Source: Andalucia godoyi And28
Taxonomy: Eukaryota > Protista > Jakobida
Direction of reading: 5' to 3'
Length of the DNA: 64,000 nucleotides
Assembly (NCBI GenBank): GCA_009859145.1
Contig: VRVR01000029.1
Coordinates: 1-64,000 of the forward strand
Position numbers and translations under genes: made by a program. Every line of letters begins with the position of its first letter. Position 1 is the stretch's first letter. A model generated the notes under the pieces. The model saw nothing but the letters and a program-made list of their open reading frames with translations, was not told the DNA's origin and did no database searches. This document shows, piece by piece, positions 40,720 through 50,314 of this stretch.

Positions 40720-42234
40720 ATGAAGATCCCGTTGTTTCTAAAGCTGTACAGTGGATCGCAGACCGCGACGCTATCTTTGATGTACTTTGGGTACATGTGC
40801 TTGCTGATTAACCGCGCGAATATTTCGTACTTGATTCCTGCATTAATCGATGCGGATGTGCTCACTGCGGAAACGGCATCGTATCTCCTGGCGATTGGAA
40901 ATGCTGCGTATCTGATGGGAAAGCTGACAACAGGCCGAGTAGTGGATTTCCTGGGCGGCCGTCGAGGCTTTCTGTTCGCAATATGCGGCTCTGCAGTGTT
41001 TTCTCTCTTGTTCGCGATCCCTGTTCCCTCCATTGCGTTTTGGTACCTTGTCATCTGCTGGTGCATCAACAAGTTCTTTCAGTCTGCTGGATGGCCGTCA
41101 CTCGCACATCTCATCCGAAACTGGATGTCGGCAGACCTGTACGGGCGTACATGGGGTATTGTTTCCACGTCTTCTCGGTTCGGCTCTCTTTCCGCGACGT
41201 TCCTTGTTTCTGCATTGCTGCTGGAAGGGGTGAACTGGAGAGTTATTATTGTCATTTGTGCAATCATATTGTCGGTTGCGTGCGTGTTCAATTTCTTCCT
41301 TCTTCGAGCGAAACCGCTGGACGCGCCGTCGAGCACGGGGCAGCTGGAGGAGCTGGAGGAACTGGAGGAGGTGGTGCTGTTTCCACAAAAGAATAGGGCC
41401 ACGGATCCAGCGATTGCTGGAAAAGAAGGTGCAGATGCTGCATGTGATGATGACAATGATCCACAAACTGCAAAGGAAGAGGGATCTCTGGAAAGCGAAG
41501 TGGCGGCACCTGCTCAGACAGTTCACAAGCCAACGCCAGTGTTGGTGCTTCTTTCGCGATTTTGGGGGGATCCTCGGTTCATCTGGATATGTCTTTCAGT
41601 AGCGACGCTGGATTTGGTGCTCGAGTTTGAATCGTTCCTCGCGCTGTTTCTCCGGTCGTGGCTGGGACTTTCTGCTGGACAAGCTGCGCTCATGTCGGCG
41701 TCGTTTCCGTTCGGTGCTTTTCTCAGTGTCGTCATTGGAGGTTTCTTGATGGATAAGATGCAGTCTCAACAACAAGCCATGGACAAGTGCTTGACGATCA
41801 CTCTCTCCGCCTTGACAGTATCCTCGCTTCTGCTAGGCGTTGTCTATCTCTTGTCCCAGGACGGCAGTTCTGCATTTGTCGTTTTCCTGACGATTGTGCT
41901 GCTGCTCTGCATGGGCTTTGCTCTCGGATTCCCCTGCTACTTGCCTATGAACCTCTACGGTCTGTCGGTCGGCAAAGAAGAGTGTGGCATTCTCGTCTCC
42001 CTCATTGACTCGTGTGGGTACACTGCCGCCATCGCATTTGACTATGTTGCTGGATTTCTAGCACGAGATGAGAATTGGGCTGCGCTGCTCTTCATCGTCT
42101 TTGTATTCTCAGCCCTCGGGACCCTTGCGACGCATCTGTACATGAAGAAGGAAATTCAGATTGCCAAAGCCGCCAATTCTGCTGCACATCCCGAAGAACT
42201 CTCCGATCTGCCATCCAAAGCCCTCGAAAGTTGA
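40720..42234 (+). CDS. MFS transporter, OPA/GlpT-UhpC/SLC37 family
   Basis: YFGYMCLLINRANIS, AYLMGKLTTGRVVD, FFQSAGWPS..IRNW, GRTWGIVSTS. About 12 TM. Confidence 0.88.
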   Translation: MKIPLFLKLYSGSQTATLSLMYFGYMCLLINRANISYLIPALIDADVLTAETASYLLAIGNAAYLMGKLTTGRVVDFLGGRRGFLFAICGSAVFSLLFAIPVPSIAFWYLVICWCINKFFQSAGWPSLAHLIRNWMSADLYGRTWGIVSTSSRFGSLSATFLVSALLLEGVNWRVIIVICAIILSVACVFNFFLLRAKPLDAPSSTGQLEELEELEEVVLFPQKNRATDPAIAGKEGADAACDDDNDPQTAKEEGSLESEVAAPAQTVHKPTPVLVLLSRFWGDPRFIWICLSVATLDLVLEFESFLALFLRSWLGLSAGQAALMSASFPFGAFLSVVIGGFLMDKMQSQQQAMDKCLTITLSALTVSSLLLGVVYLLSQDGSSAFVVFLTIVLLLCMGFALGFPCYLPMNLYGLSVGKEECGILVSLIDSCGYTAAIAFDYVAGFLARDENWAALLFIVFVFSALGTLATHLYMKKEIQIAKAANSAAHPEELSDLPSKALES

Positions 42235-42646
42235 CTCGCCGCTTCCTGCTAGCTGATTACCCCTCAGAGAATTGGTTGGCCCACGCTAGCTCCTCTCCTT
42301 CCCACCACCTTCTTCATCTCCGCATCCGCATTCGTCATTCGAGATATTCCTGCTTACTCTCAACGTCGTACTGGCGTTCGCCCAAAGACCATTTGGGAAT
42401 GCAACGCGGTCGTACTTTCCCGCAATCGCAAAGAGCAAGCGGTCTACGGCTGGAAAGTAGAAGATATTTTTTCCTGGCCCGCCTTTTTTTGATGACGGAC
42501 GCCTGTATAGGAATAAATGCTATTTAAATTAATATAAAAAAACACGACAAAAAGTCCAATTATGAACCGAGTTTGGCTCTCTTTCTTCTTTATTTCTTTA
42601 ATATTTTGGGGGAGTCTTATTTTCCTGGGGATCTGCGCTCGAGTAT

Positions 42647-44041
42647 ATGGACACTGCACTGTCGAGGTTTGTGGAATTGTGCTCGAATCGCAAGTATGAA
42701 GAATGTCGAGTGTTGCTGCGACAGTCACAGGTGTTTGCGACGGATCCGGGGCTCCAGGACGGTCTGATGACGTTTCTGTTTGCGGAAGACCTGTTCTACT
42801 CATGTCAGTTCTTCGAGAAGCCAAAAGTGGCTAATGCAATCATTGCGTACTCGGATGCACTAGAGAAGCTTACGGAGTCAGAAGAGCTGAATAACATGCC
42901 GCGGTTTCTCATGGTGTTCAAAACATGGATTAAGTACCGCCTGGAGACATCGACGATTTTGCGAACAATGACACAGCGGTTTGCGACTGGCCAGTCTCCG
43001 CCGGCCGCAAGCGACCGTCCGACAACATACAACCAAGATACGATCTCCACAAGTAACATTATCGCTCGTATATCGGAGAAGGTACGTATGCTTCCAATGT
43101 TTCAGTTTGTGCTGCACATGCATTCTTCGGAAGTTCGTGTTTTACATGAGCTGTTGCTGCTACGAGATGCTTGTTTCAATCTTGATCCAAAGGGATGCGC
43201 GGTGGGTCTCGTTCACTTGCAGGCCATGTTTGCAGGCCCGAAGAAACCGATGGCGCCATCAAAGCTGCTCCAGTGGTATCTCGCCTATTTCGGAATCCTG
43301 AAATGCCGGTGTTGTGTGTTCTTCTCTCGTATCTTGTCGGGAATCCGAGACCCGCTTGCGGTCTCTGTCGTGCAGATTATCGAAGGTTTTGTGCGGGAGC
43401 GCGAGGCGTCGTTCTTCTGCATCTTGCATGACAACCGCAGCCTCGAAGCCACTCCCTTCCAGTACGTGTGTCCGCGGCCCGCAGACGACCCAGCAGACAC
43501 CGCCAAGGATGGAAGATCTGGCAGCGGAGACTCGGAAAAAGGTTTTTCGGAAAGCAGCGATGCAGACACGAGTGCAGATGGTCCTTGCAAAGATCGCATG
43601 CTGGATGTGGACAAAGCACAGGATAAGATCTCCGAGGCCCAAACCGCTGCTGCTCTGGAAACACTGGCAACCCTTCGCTATGGATCGAAGTTTCCAAAAC
43701 AAGGACTGCGTGGCAAGTTCCCGTGTGTCTACTGCACAACTTCCGATCAATCTCAGTTTGAAATTCATTTTCCTGGTGCTGTCTCGCTGCTGATGGAGTT
43801 GGATGATCAACCGAAACCGGGGTCGATGATCACGGTTCTTGACAAGCGACGGGAAGTCATGTGTTTCTGCTGTCGCATCGACGACCGTTTCTATGGTGCT
43901 TCGGTGTTCCCGGTCTCCATCATCCGCAGAAAGAACCTCTCGGGCTTGAAGCAATTGGCCGAGTTGCTTGCGGACCGCCTTGGCTTTCGAAATCTGGTGG
44001 ATTCGCTGTTTCTCGCCTTCACTTCGCCGTCATCCAGTTGA
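42647..44041 (+). CDS. KICS2: KICSTOR subunit 2 (C12orf66)-like protein
   Basis: LLQWY..YFGILKCRCCVFF, ILHDNR, FPCVY, IHFPGAVSLL, DKRREVMCFCCRIDDRF follow the recalled C12orf66 pattern (FDNRG, YPAVV, MHWPNVI, DDKVQSTYF). Confidence 0.6.
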   Translation: MDTALSRFVELCSNRKYEECRVLLRQSQVFATDPGLQDGLMTFLFAEDLFYSCQFFEKPKVANAIIAYSDALEKLTESEELNNMPRFLMVFKTWIKYRLETSTILRTMTQRFATGQSPPAASDRPTTYNQDTISTSNIIARISEKVRMLPMFQFVLHMHSSEVRVLHELLLLRDACFNLDPKGCAVGLVHLQAMFAGPKKPMAPSKLLQWYLAYFGILKCRCCVFFSRILSGIRDPLAVSVVQIIEGFVREREASFFCILHDNRSLEATPFQYVCPRPADDPADTAKDGRSGSGDSEKGFSESSDADTSADGPCKDRMLDVDKAQDKISEAQTAAALETLATLRYGSKFPKQGLRGKFPCVYCTTSDQSQFEIHFPGAVSLLMELDDQPKPGSMITVLDKRREVMCFCCRIDDRFYGASVFPVSIIRRKNLSGLKQLAELLADRLGFRNLVDSLFLAFTSPSSS

Positions 44042-44293
44042 TTTTTTATGCGCGTAATGAAGAAGAAGAGGGGGGAAAGCACGGCCAAGGAATGGCATCT
44101 TTTGCCTGTCCTGCAATGTAAATAACGTGCCTACCGACAATCAAACCTCACCCCAACCCCCGCCCCCGTTCTTCTCTTTACCTGTTCAGATGTGAAGAAT
44201 CCTCAAAATGCATTTGGTTGATTTTTGTTGCATGGCGTGCGTCTTTTACCTCCTGACGTTGGTTAATAGCGAACACCAAAAAAAGCAGCACTC

Positions 44294-45757
44294 TCACTGG
44301 AATGGATTTTGCCCAGCCTGCGCTTTGCGAACGAGCGGCTTCCATGCCTGCTCCTGCTGCCTCAGCCTCTCCACTTCTGACCTCAGCTTCTCATCAAACG
44401 CCTTTTGCGCTCTTCTCTCAGCCTCTTTCTCGACCTCTTCGAGATACGCGGCCATTCTCCTAGCCGACTCCTTGTCTCGGACTTGCTTTCCGAGTTCCTG
44501 TCGCAGCACTCCCTGGATGCGGATCTTTTCTTCTGCTTTGGCCCTTTCCAGCGCAGCGTACGCTGCAGCCTCCTCCTCGACTCGGATTCTTTCCCGCTCC
44601 TGGTACTCCTGCTGTGCTCTTGCCTCGGCCTGTTTTTCAGAGATCTGCACCTTGCGCTCCCGGTCCACCTCTTCCATAAGCCGCTGTCGCAACTGCGCGT
44701 CCCTGTTCCACACCGCCTCCTTCTTCGCCCACTCAGCCTCATTCTGCGCCTTGCGGAGCGCTTCCAGATCGGCCTCATCGCTGGCCTCCTTGATCATCTG
44801 TTCTGCAAGTGCCTTTTGATACAGCACTGCATCGGCCTTGAGCGATTCCTTGTACGCCAGTTCTCTCTGTCGGTCGGCTTCTTCTCGTCGGAGCGCATCT
44901 GACAAGAACCGTTGGTCCATTTCCCTCTCCTTTGCTGCATTCACATTCTTCACGTGTTCTCTCGCTGCCATTTCCTGACCGGCAAGTCGGCGGATCATCG
45001 CTCGCTTCTGCACATCTTCTTCTCTCTGTGCTGCCTCCCTTGCCGACGCATCTGCCCACTTCCTGGACATTTCTGCAAACTCTGCAGCATCCATCCCTGC
45101 ATCTCTGTGTCTGCGGTCTCGCAACGCCGCAACCTGCGCATCGAGCTGCTCCTTCACATACGCTTCAAATGCCTTCTTCTGCGCCGCAATCGCAGCATCC
45201 AGCATCTTTGCATGTTCATCCGCCTTCCGCATATTTGCAATCCAGTACTCCTGTTCCTCTCTCTCTTCTTCCTCGCGTTGCTGCACACGCTCTCCAAGCT
45301 GAAGCGCACGGCCCGCTGCCACCTCGAGAGCGATCTGTCTCTTTTCCAGCGCGCGAATGTCCTCGTTCTTCTCCCGGAACAGCTTGTCCCGGACACCCTC
45401 CACATATGCAGCCTGCCGTGCCTCGCGCGCAGACTTGAGTTCCAGAGCACGCGCCTTCAGCCGATCGCGGTGCTGCGCAGGAGTCTCGAGCTTCGATGCA
45501 AGCTCCGACAGATATCCATTGTGCTCCGTCGCCAACAGCACTGAAAGACGATCACGCTTTGCATCAAGACTCTGCAAATGAGCTTCGCGCATCGCAGACG
45601 CACGGCGCACGGACTCGGCGTGCTGTGCGTGGGACAAGGACGTCTGCGCCCACTGTGCCTGCGTTGTCAGCTGCGCGTCGTGCTGCGCAGCTGACGCATA
45701 AAATGCTCGCTGCGACTCTAGACGGCGCCGCTGGTGAATCAGAAATTCCTTGTTCAT
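44294..45757 (-). CDS. CFAP53: CFAP53/CCDC11-like ciliary coiled-coil protein (TPH domain)
   Basis: KRDRLSVLLATE...ETPAQHRDRLKARALELKSARE...DKLFREKNEDIR; AEWAKKEAVWNRDAQLRQRLMEEV. Confidence 0.75.
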   Translation of the reverse strand: MNKEFLIHQRRRLESQRAFYASAAQHDAQLTTQAQWAQTSLSHAQHAESVRRASAMREAHLQSLDAKRDRLSVLLATEHNGYLSELASKLETPAQHRDRLKARALELKSAREARQAAYVEGVRDKLFREKNEDIRALEKRQIALEVAAGRALQLGERVQQREEEEREEQEYWIANMRKADEHAKMLDAAIAAQKKAFEAYVKEQLDAQVAALRDRRHRDAGMDAAEFAEMSRKWADASAREAAQREEDVQKRAMIRRLAGQEMAAREHVKNVNAAKEREMDQRFLSDALRREEADRQRELAYKESLKADAVLYQKALAEQMIKEASDEADLEALRKAQNEAEWAKKEAVWNRDAQLRQRLMEEVDRERKVQISEKQAEARAQQEYQERERIRVEEEAAAYAALERAKAEEKIRIQGVLRQELGKQVRDKESARRMAAYLEEVEKEAERRAQKAFDEKLRSEVERLRQQEQAWKPLVRKAQAGQNPFQ

Positions 45758-45770
45758 TCAATCAATCAAT

Positions 45771-45795
45771 CTCTCTCTCTCTCTCTCTCTCTCTC
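45771..45795. repeat. (CT)n microsatellite just upstream of the CFAP53 start
   Basis: Directly visible. Confidence 0.9.
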
Positions 45796-46118
45796 AATCA
45801 CTATTGCTTTTGAGTAGGAAACTATCTTCTTTTTTAATTAAAAAAATCGACCATTTAAAGATACAAAAAATGAAAATTTAAGATTTAATAAAAATATTTA
45901 AAAAATCCAAAACCCAGATACGCACATTTCTGTGCAAACGGGTTTGGTGTCAGTCATGAGAGCTATCAAACGGTTCAATGGCGTTGGCCACGATTATACA
46001 GCAGGCAAAGGCAGCAAAGGAGAGAGAAAAGGTAAAATCAAAATCAAAAGACTTTTTCGTTCACTTTTACAGGAGTTGTGGATCGTTTGGAAGGACTGGA
46101 GTAACGTTGGAGTGCTTC

Positions 46119-46337
46119 CTATGAGCCAAACAATCGAGAAAGAGCCATCATGGTGCACGCAACGGCCACCCATGGAGACAGCCGTTCTCCAACACGAGCC
46201 CCTTTCCACAAGAGCCCGCGAAACCCATGCTTGTGTCGATCGACAAACCCGCGGGACATCGACCGTAGATGCGCAGAGGTGCACACAAACAGCAGAATCA
46301 CCATTAGCAATGAATCAAAGTTGAAAATCGCAGACAT
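46119..46337 (-). CDS. TMEM167: Protein kish (TMEM167/Ksh1)
   Basis: MSAIFNFDSLLMVILLFVCTSAHLR...GFRGLLWKGARVGERLSPWVAVAC. Confidence 0.95.
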   Translation of the reverse strand: MSAIFNFDSLLMVILLFVCTSAHLRSMSRGFVDRHKHGFRGLLWKGARVGERLSPWVAVACTMMALSRLFGS

Positions 46338-46744
46338 TCTCCTCCTGTCCGCTTTCCCTTTCTTCCTTTTCCGTTCTTCCTCTTCTCAAAATATAAAATT
46401 GGGGCTTTAATAATAGTACGAACTTGAATAATTATAATGCGTCCATAGCAAAGCCAATCAGAGGTCGGGTCTTTTTCCCTCTCTTGTTTTTCCTATCTGC
46501 CCCTTCTTTCAACACGAGCCAGCATCAAGTGCGTTTGTTTTTCTGCTTTGCTTGATGCTAGACCAGACCGAGAGTCCCCTGGACATCTCCTCATCAGTCA
46601 TCAGTCACCACGCAGATCGATCGACTGGCACATTTGAGTTGCACCGACGTTCGTTTTTCTCCTGACAGCATTGGAGCAAAAAAATCGAAAAATTAGTTAA
46701 TCATCGTTATACTGCCCACATCTGGACGGGGGAAAGGAAACAGG

Positions 46745-47395
46745 ATGAAGGGGAAAAGAGTGCCTTCGGGTCTTCCATCTGCATTGAACATGTTTTCTCG
46801 GTCGAATATATCCCAAGTGTTCTCGCTGCTTCTTGTTGGATGCTCGGCGCTGATGATCTGGAAATCTCTGATGGCATTTACAAACACAGAGTCTCCAATT
46901 GTAGTAGTATTGTCTGGATCGATGGAGCCTGGGATTCGCAGAGGCGACATTCTCTTCTTGAACGACGTACGCTCCAACAGCGCAGAGTCTTTGGAGATTG
47001 GAGACATTGTTGTGTTCAAGATTGCCGAGCGCGATATTCCCATTGTCCACAGAATTGTACAGATTGTAGACCATCACAACAACGTCCCAAACAGCGGCAA
47101 GAGCAATGAGAAACAACGGTTGCAGAGAAAGAGCGAGGAAGATGCGAATACAGGAAAGGGAAGGAAGTGGTCGGGAAAGGAGCTTATTCTCACCAAGGGA
47201 GACAATAACCCAACGGACGATCGCGGGCTGTATGCAGATGGACAGATGTGGCTCACGCGAGATGATCTGGTCGGGAAAGCAGTCGGGTCGGTGCCGTATC
47301 TTGGAATGGTCACCATCTACATGAACGACTATCCCTGGATGAGGTTCGGCCTTCTCGGAGGACTCGCAGTTCTCGTTCTCCTAGGCAAGGAGTAA
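46745..47395 (+). CDS. SEC11: Signal peptidase complex catalytic subunit
   Basis: ESPIVVVLSGSMEPG, DIPIVHR, LTKGDNN, DDRGLY, VPYLGMVTI. About 27-aa charged insertion. Confidence 0.96.
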   Translation: MKGKRVPSGLPSALNMFSRSNISQVFSLLLVGCSALMIWKSLMAFTNTESPIVVVLSGSMEPGIRRGDILFLNDVRSNSAESLEIGDIVVFKIAERDIPIVHRIVQIVDHHNNVPNSGKSNEKQRLQRKSEEDANTGKGRKWSGKELILTKGDNNPTDDRGLYADGQMWLTRDDLVGKAVGSVPYLGMVTIYMNDYPWMRFGLLGGLAVLVLLGKE

Positions 47396-47759
47396 TCATT
47401 TAACAAGCAGTGTAGTAAGACCCCACCCCATTGTCCATGTACCTTTTTTCTTTTCTTTTTCTTTCTCTTTTTCGCTTTCCGAAAGTCGGAAAAACAGAAA
47501 CCTCGGCCGTCGTAGTCCAACTGGATGTCGTCTTGCCAATTGACGACTGTCGACACTGTCGAGTCGAACAGCCCAATTTTTTGTCCATCAGCAAGCGCCC
47601 ATTAGTGAACTCCTTTGCTTTAGAGGGAGTGCAGCTGGCAAAGATAAATCGTCGTCTCTTTTTTTTTCTTTTTCTCTGTGTGTGTATTCGGTTTGTTCGG
47701 TTTGTTCGGTTTGCTTGGGTTTTTTGTTTTGTTTTGTTAAGTGCTCGGTTTTCACATTG

Positions 47760-49136
47760 ATGGATTCTCCACAGAGTTCCGACGAGACGGACCAAACGAG
47801 TCTGATTCAGCGGTACGAGCAGGCACTGTCCAAGGTGCTGAGTGTGGCCAAGGCGACGTCTCCCTCGCATGCTCGGTCACCCGGGGCCCACTTTCTTCAG
47901 GAAAACATGAGTGATAACTTTGACAGCAATCGCTCGACGAGCAGCTTGTCGGACGAGGCGCGCCAGCTGATTCCAGAGGCGCTGGACGACATCCGCACGC
48001 TAATTGTGCATCATGGACTGCCGGCAGAAACCAGCCGCGAAGACGAGCAGATGCGGGTGGACAATGAGCCGACGCTGCGTGGAAGGATATGGAAGGCCCT
48101 GCTTCTAATCCCGCAGATGAATCCAGAGGAGTATCTCTCGCTTGTGAAGGCGGGTCCGTCCACGGAGATTCTGACAAAGATAAGAATGGATCTGGACCGC
48201 ACGTTTAAAAACGACGCGAAGTTTCTTGCCCGGGTGCCGCGGGATCGGTTGGAGCGGGTAATGGCAACAGTGCTGCAATCTGGAGAACGGCTGCAGATCC
48301 ATACAAATAATACAAACCATCATGCAACCCATTCCAGACATGGCTCGGCCTCCCTGTCTTCGCCTGTGGACCCGAGTCTTGTTTCGGCATCGGCATCGGC
48401 ATCGGCATCAGCGTCAGCGTCTCCCTCCCCAGCTTCTGGAGTGTCAGGGACGTCTTCGCTATCCTCGTCCTCGTCGTCTGTCGTGATCGTTTCGAGATAC
48501 GTGCAAGGAATGAATGCATTTGCTGGTGCATTCCTGTACGTTTTGCCCGAACTCGATGCGTTCTTCACTATTCGAAGAGTCCTTTCGGCGCTGGTGCCAA
48601 CGTACTTCCAAAAGGACTGCCAGGGAGCCCATGCTGCTTGTGAACTTGTCGAAATTGTCCTGTCCCATTTGGACTACCCGCTTTATGAGTTTCTTAAGGA
48701 CAAGAAAGTGATGGCCACCGTGTACGCGTTCCGGTCGATGCTTGCTTTTTCGCTCGACTTTAGGCCGCTGGATTCCAGCATCAGGCTTATTGACTTGTAC
48801 ATGGCATATGGGTTTCATATGAATGTCTTGACGTTTGTGGCGCGTCTGTTCCTTGTTCGGGACCAAATCTTTGCAGAAGATGGAAAGTTGTCCATCAATG
48901 TTCAGCAAATCCTCGACAAGCAAGAGTTTCAGCCGCTTGTTCTTTGCCAAGCTGCGATGCAAATGCTCACCATTCTTCCAGAACAAGTTGTTCGTGTCCT
49001 TTGGAGACATGCTTTCGACTGGGACGTGTGTCTGGAATTGTACGGATGGTCAAAAAAGAAGCTTGGCGCTCCAATCTCGCCCCCTACACGCAGCTCGACG
49101 TCCCATTCGCGAGTCAAGAGCGTTGATCATTCTTGA
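47760..49136 (+). CDS. BUB2: Bub2/Cdc16-like TBC-domain GAP
   Basis: LRGRIWKALL, KIRMDLDRTF, YVQGMN, GAHAACELVEIVL..LDYPL, VYAFRSM, YGFHMNVL. Ser/Ala-rich insertion. Confidence 0.88.
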   Translation: MDSPQSSDETDQTSLIQRYEQALSKVLSVAKATSPSHARSPGAHFLQENMSDNFDSNRSTSSLSDEARQLIPEALDDIRTLIVHHGLPAETSREDEQMRVDNEPTLRGRIWKALLLIPQMNPEEYLSLVKAGPSTEILTKIRMDLDRTFKNDAKFLARVPRDRLERVMATVLQSGERLQIHTNNTNHHATHSRHGSASLSSPVDPSLVSASASASASASASPSPASGVSGTSSLSSSSSSVVIVSRYVQGMNAFAGAFLYVLPELDAFFTIRRVLSALVPTYFQKDCQGAHAACELVEIVLSHLDYPLYEFLKDKKVMATVYAFRSMLAFSLDFRPLDSSIRLIDLYMAYGFHMNVLTFVARLFLVRDQIFAEDGKLSINVQQILDKQEFQPLVLCQAAMQMLTILPEQVVRVLWRHAFDWDVCLELYGWSKKKLGAPISPPTRSSTSHSRVKSVDHS

Positions 49137-50314
49137 GATTCATTTTCAATCGCATATTTCTTGTTTCCGGCCACTTTCCGTCTCCCATTGTATTCGATTA
49201 TTCAATATTCCATCGAGCTTCGACGCGCACGAAAAACAGTGTCGTCTAACTGGTCGTGCTGCGGCCACGAAAGGAGAGAGGATGGGACGAGGGTAGACAT
49301 TCCTTTCTGTTTGCGCGAGAACTCCGTCGTTGGCATTCTTTTCTCAATCCCATCACCTGCACCCGTTCCGTACTTCTGCTTCTGGTCCCTCTTCTGGTGT
49401 TTCTTCCGACGATGCAGTCGTTGAACCTCCCGTTCCCCGAGATTGTTGAAATATCTGCACGGTCAGATCCCTACTTATGTCGATGGGTTGCGCATCCCGT
49501 GTGGCAATGGCACGTCTCGTAAGATCTTTCCATCAAGGACGTGGACTATGCCCAGGATGAACAATCTATTCCAAATGATGATGATAGAGATGACACGATG
49601 AACAGTGTACAATGATACAGTTTCCTTCCCTCCCCCAGAATAACCACCTTTCTTATCTTTTGATAAATTCTACCAGTCCGTTTTATTATAATTGATTATT
49701 ATTTTTTCCAAAAAACATAATTCTTTGATCTTGCTCCTCTCTTTGTCTTTGCCGTAATAAAGTGTTTTTTAATTATAAATGCCATGAACTGAAGTGGCGA
49801 GTTTGAACTGTGCATGCGTGACATATCGCGAACATCTCCCAGACACCAGGTTTCCTCGCTTTGTCGTACGGGACCACTCAGTGGCCTGATTCTTCGACCT
49901 GATGCTAGCGAGTCTGCTCCGTTCTCCAAAGAAAGATCCATATTTATTATTTTTTTTCAAAAAAGAAAAGAAAGCTGACGCAGCCGTAGATGCCTTCTTG
50001 AAACGCAGCCGTTTCTGCGCCTGCCAACTTCTGCCGCCCAACCTTATGCACTCCTTTTCATTTTCCCATCTTTCTGACTGTTATTTTTATTTTTTATAAA
50101 CTCTTTTCTTCTGCTTCTTCTTCAGCCTGTTTTATGCTGTCTTTCCTATTCTTCTTTGGTTTCTAATATTATTTTTTTCTTTTTCTTTTTATTATTACAA
50201 TATTTTTTTGATAAATATTCTGTGTGAATTTTGCAAGCAGAGAAAAGTTGGGAAAAGGAAGAGTGCGGAAATAGTTTTTTTTTAACGGAAGAAAACAGAA
50301 AACAGCAGTAGTGA

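Noticed and set aside
46455-46600. TGATGA...CTGA on the minus strand, suggesting a box C/D snoRNA
   Set aside because: No terminal stem or recognisable guide; such short boxes occur by chance.
47409-47420. GTGTAGTA resembling the U2 branch-site recognition sequence
   Set aside because: Flanking U2 stem I and stem II sequences are absent.
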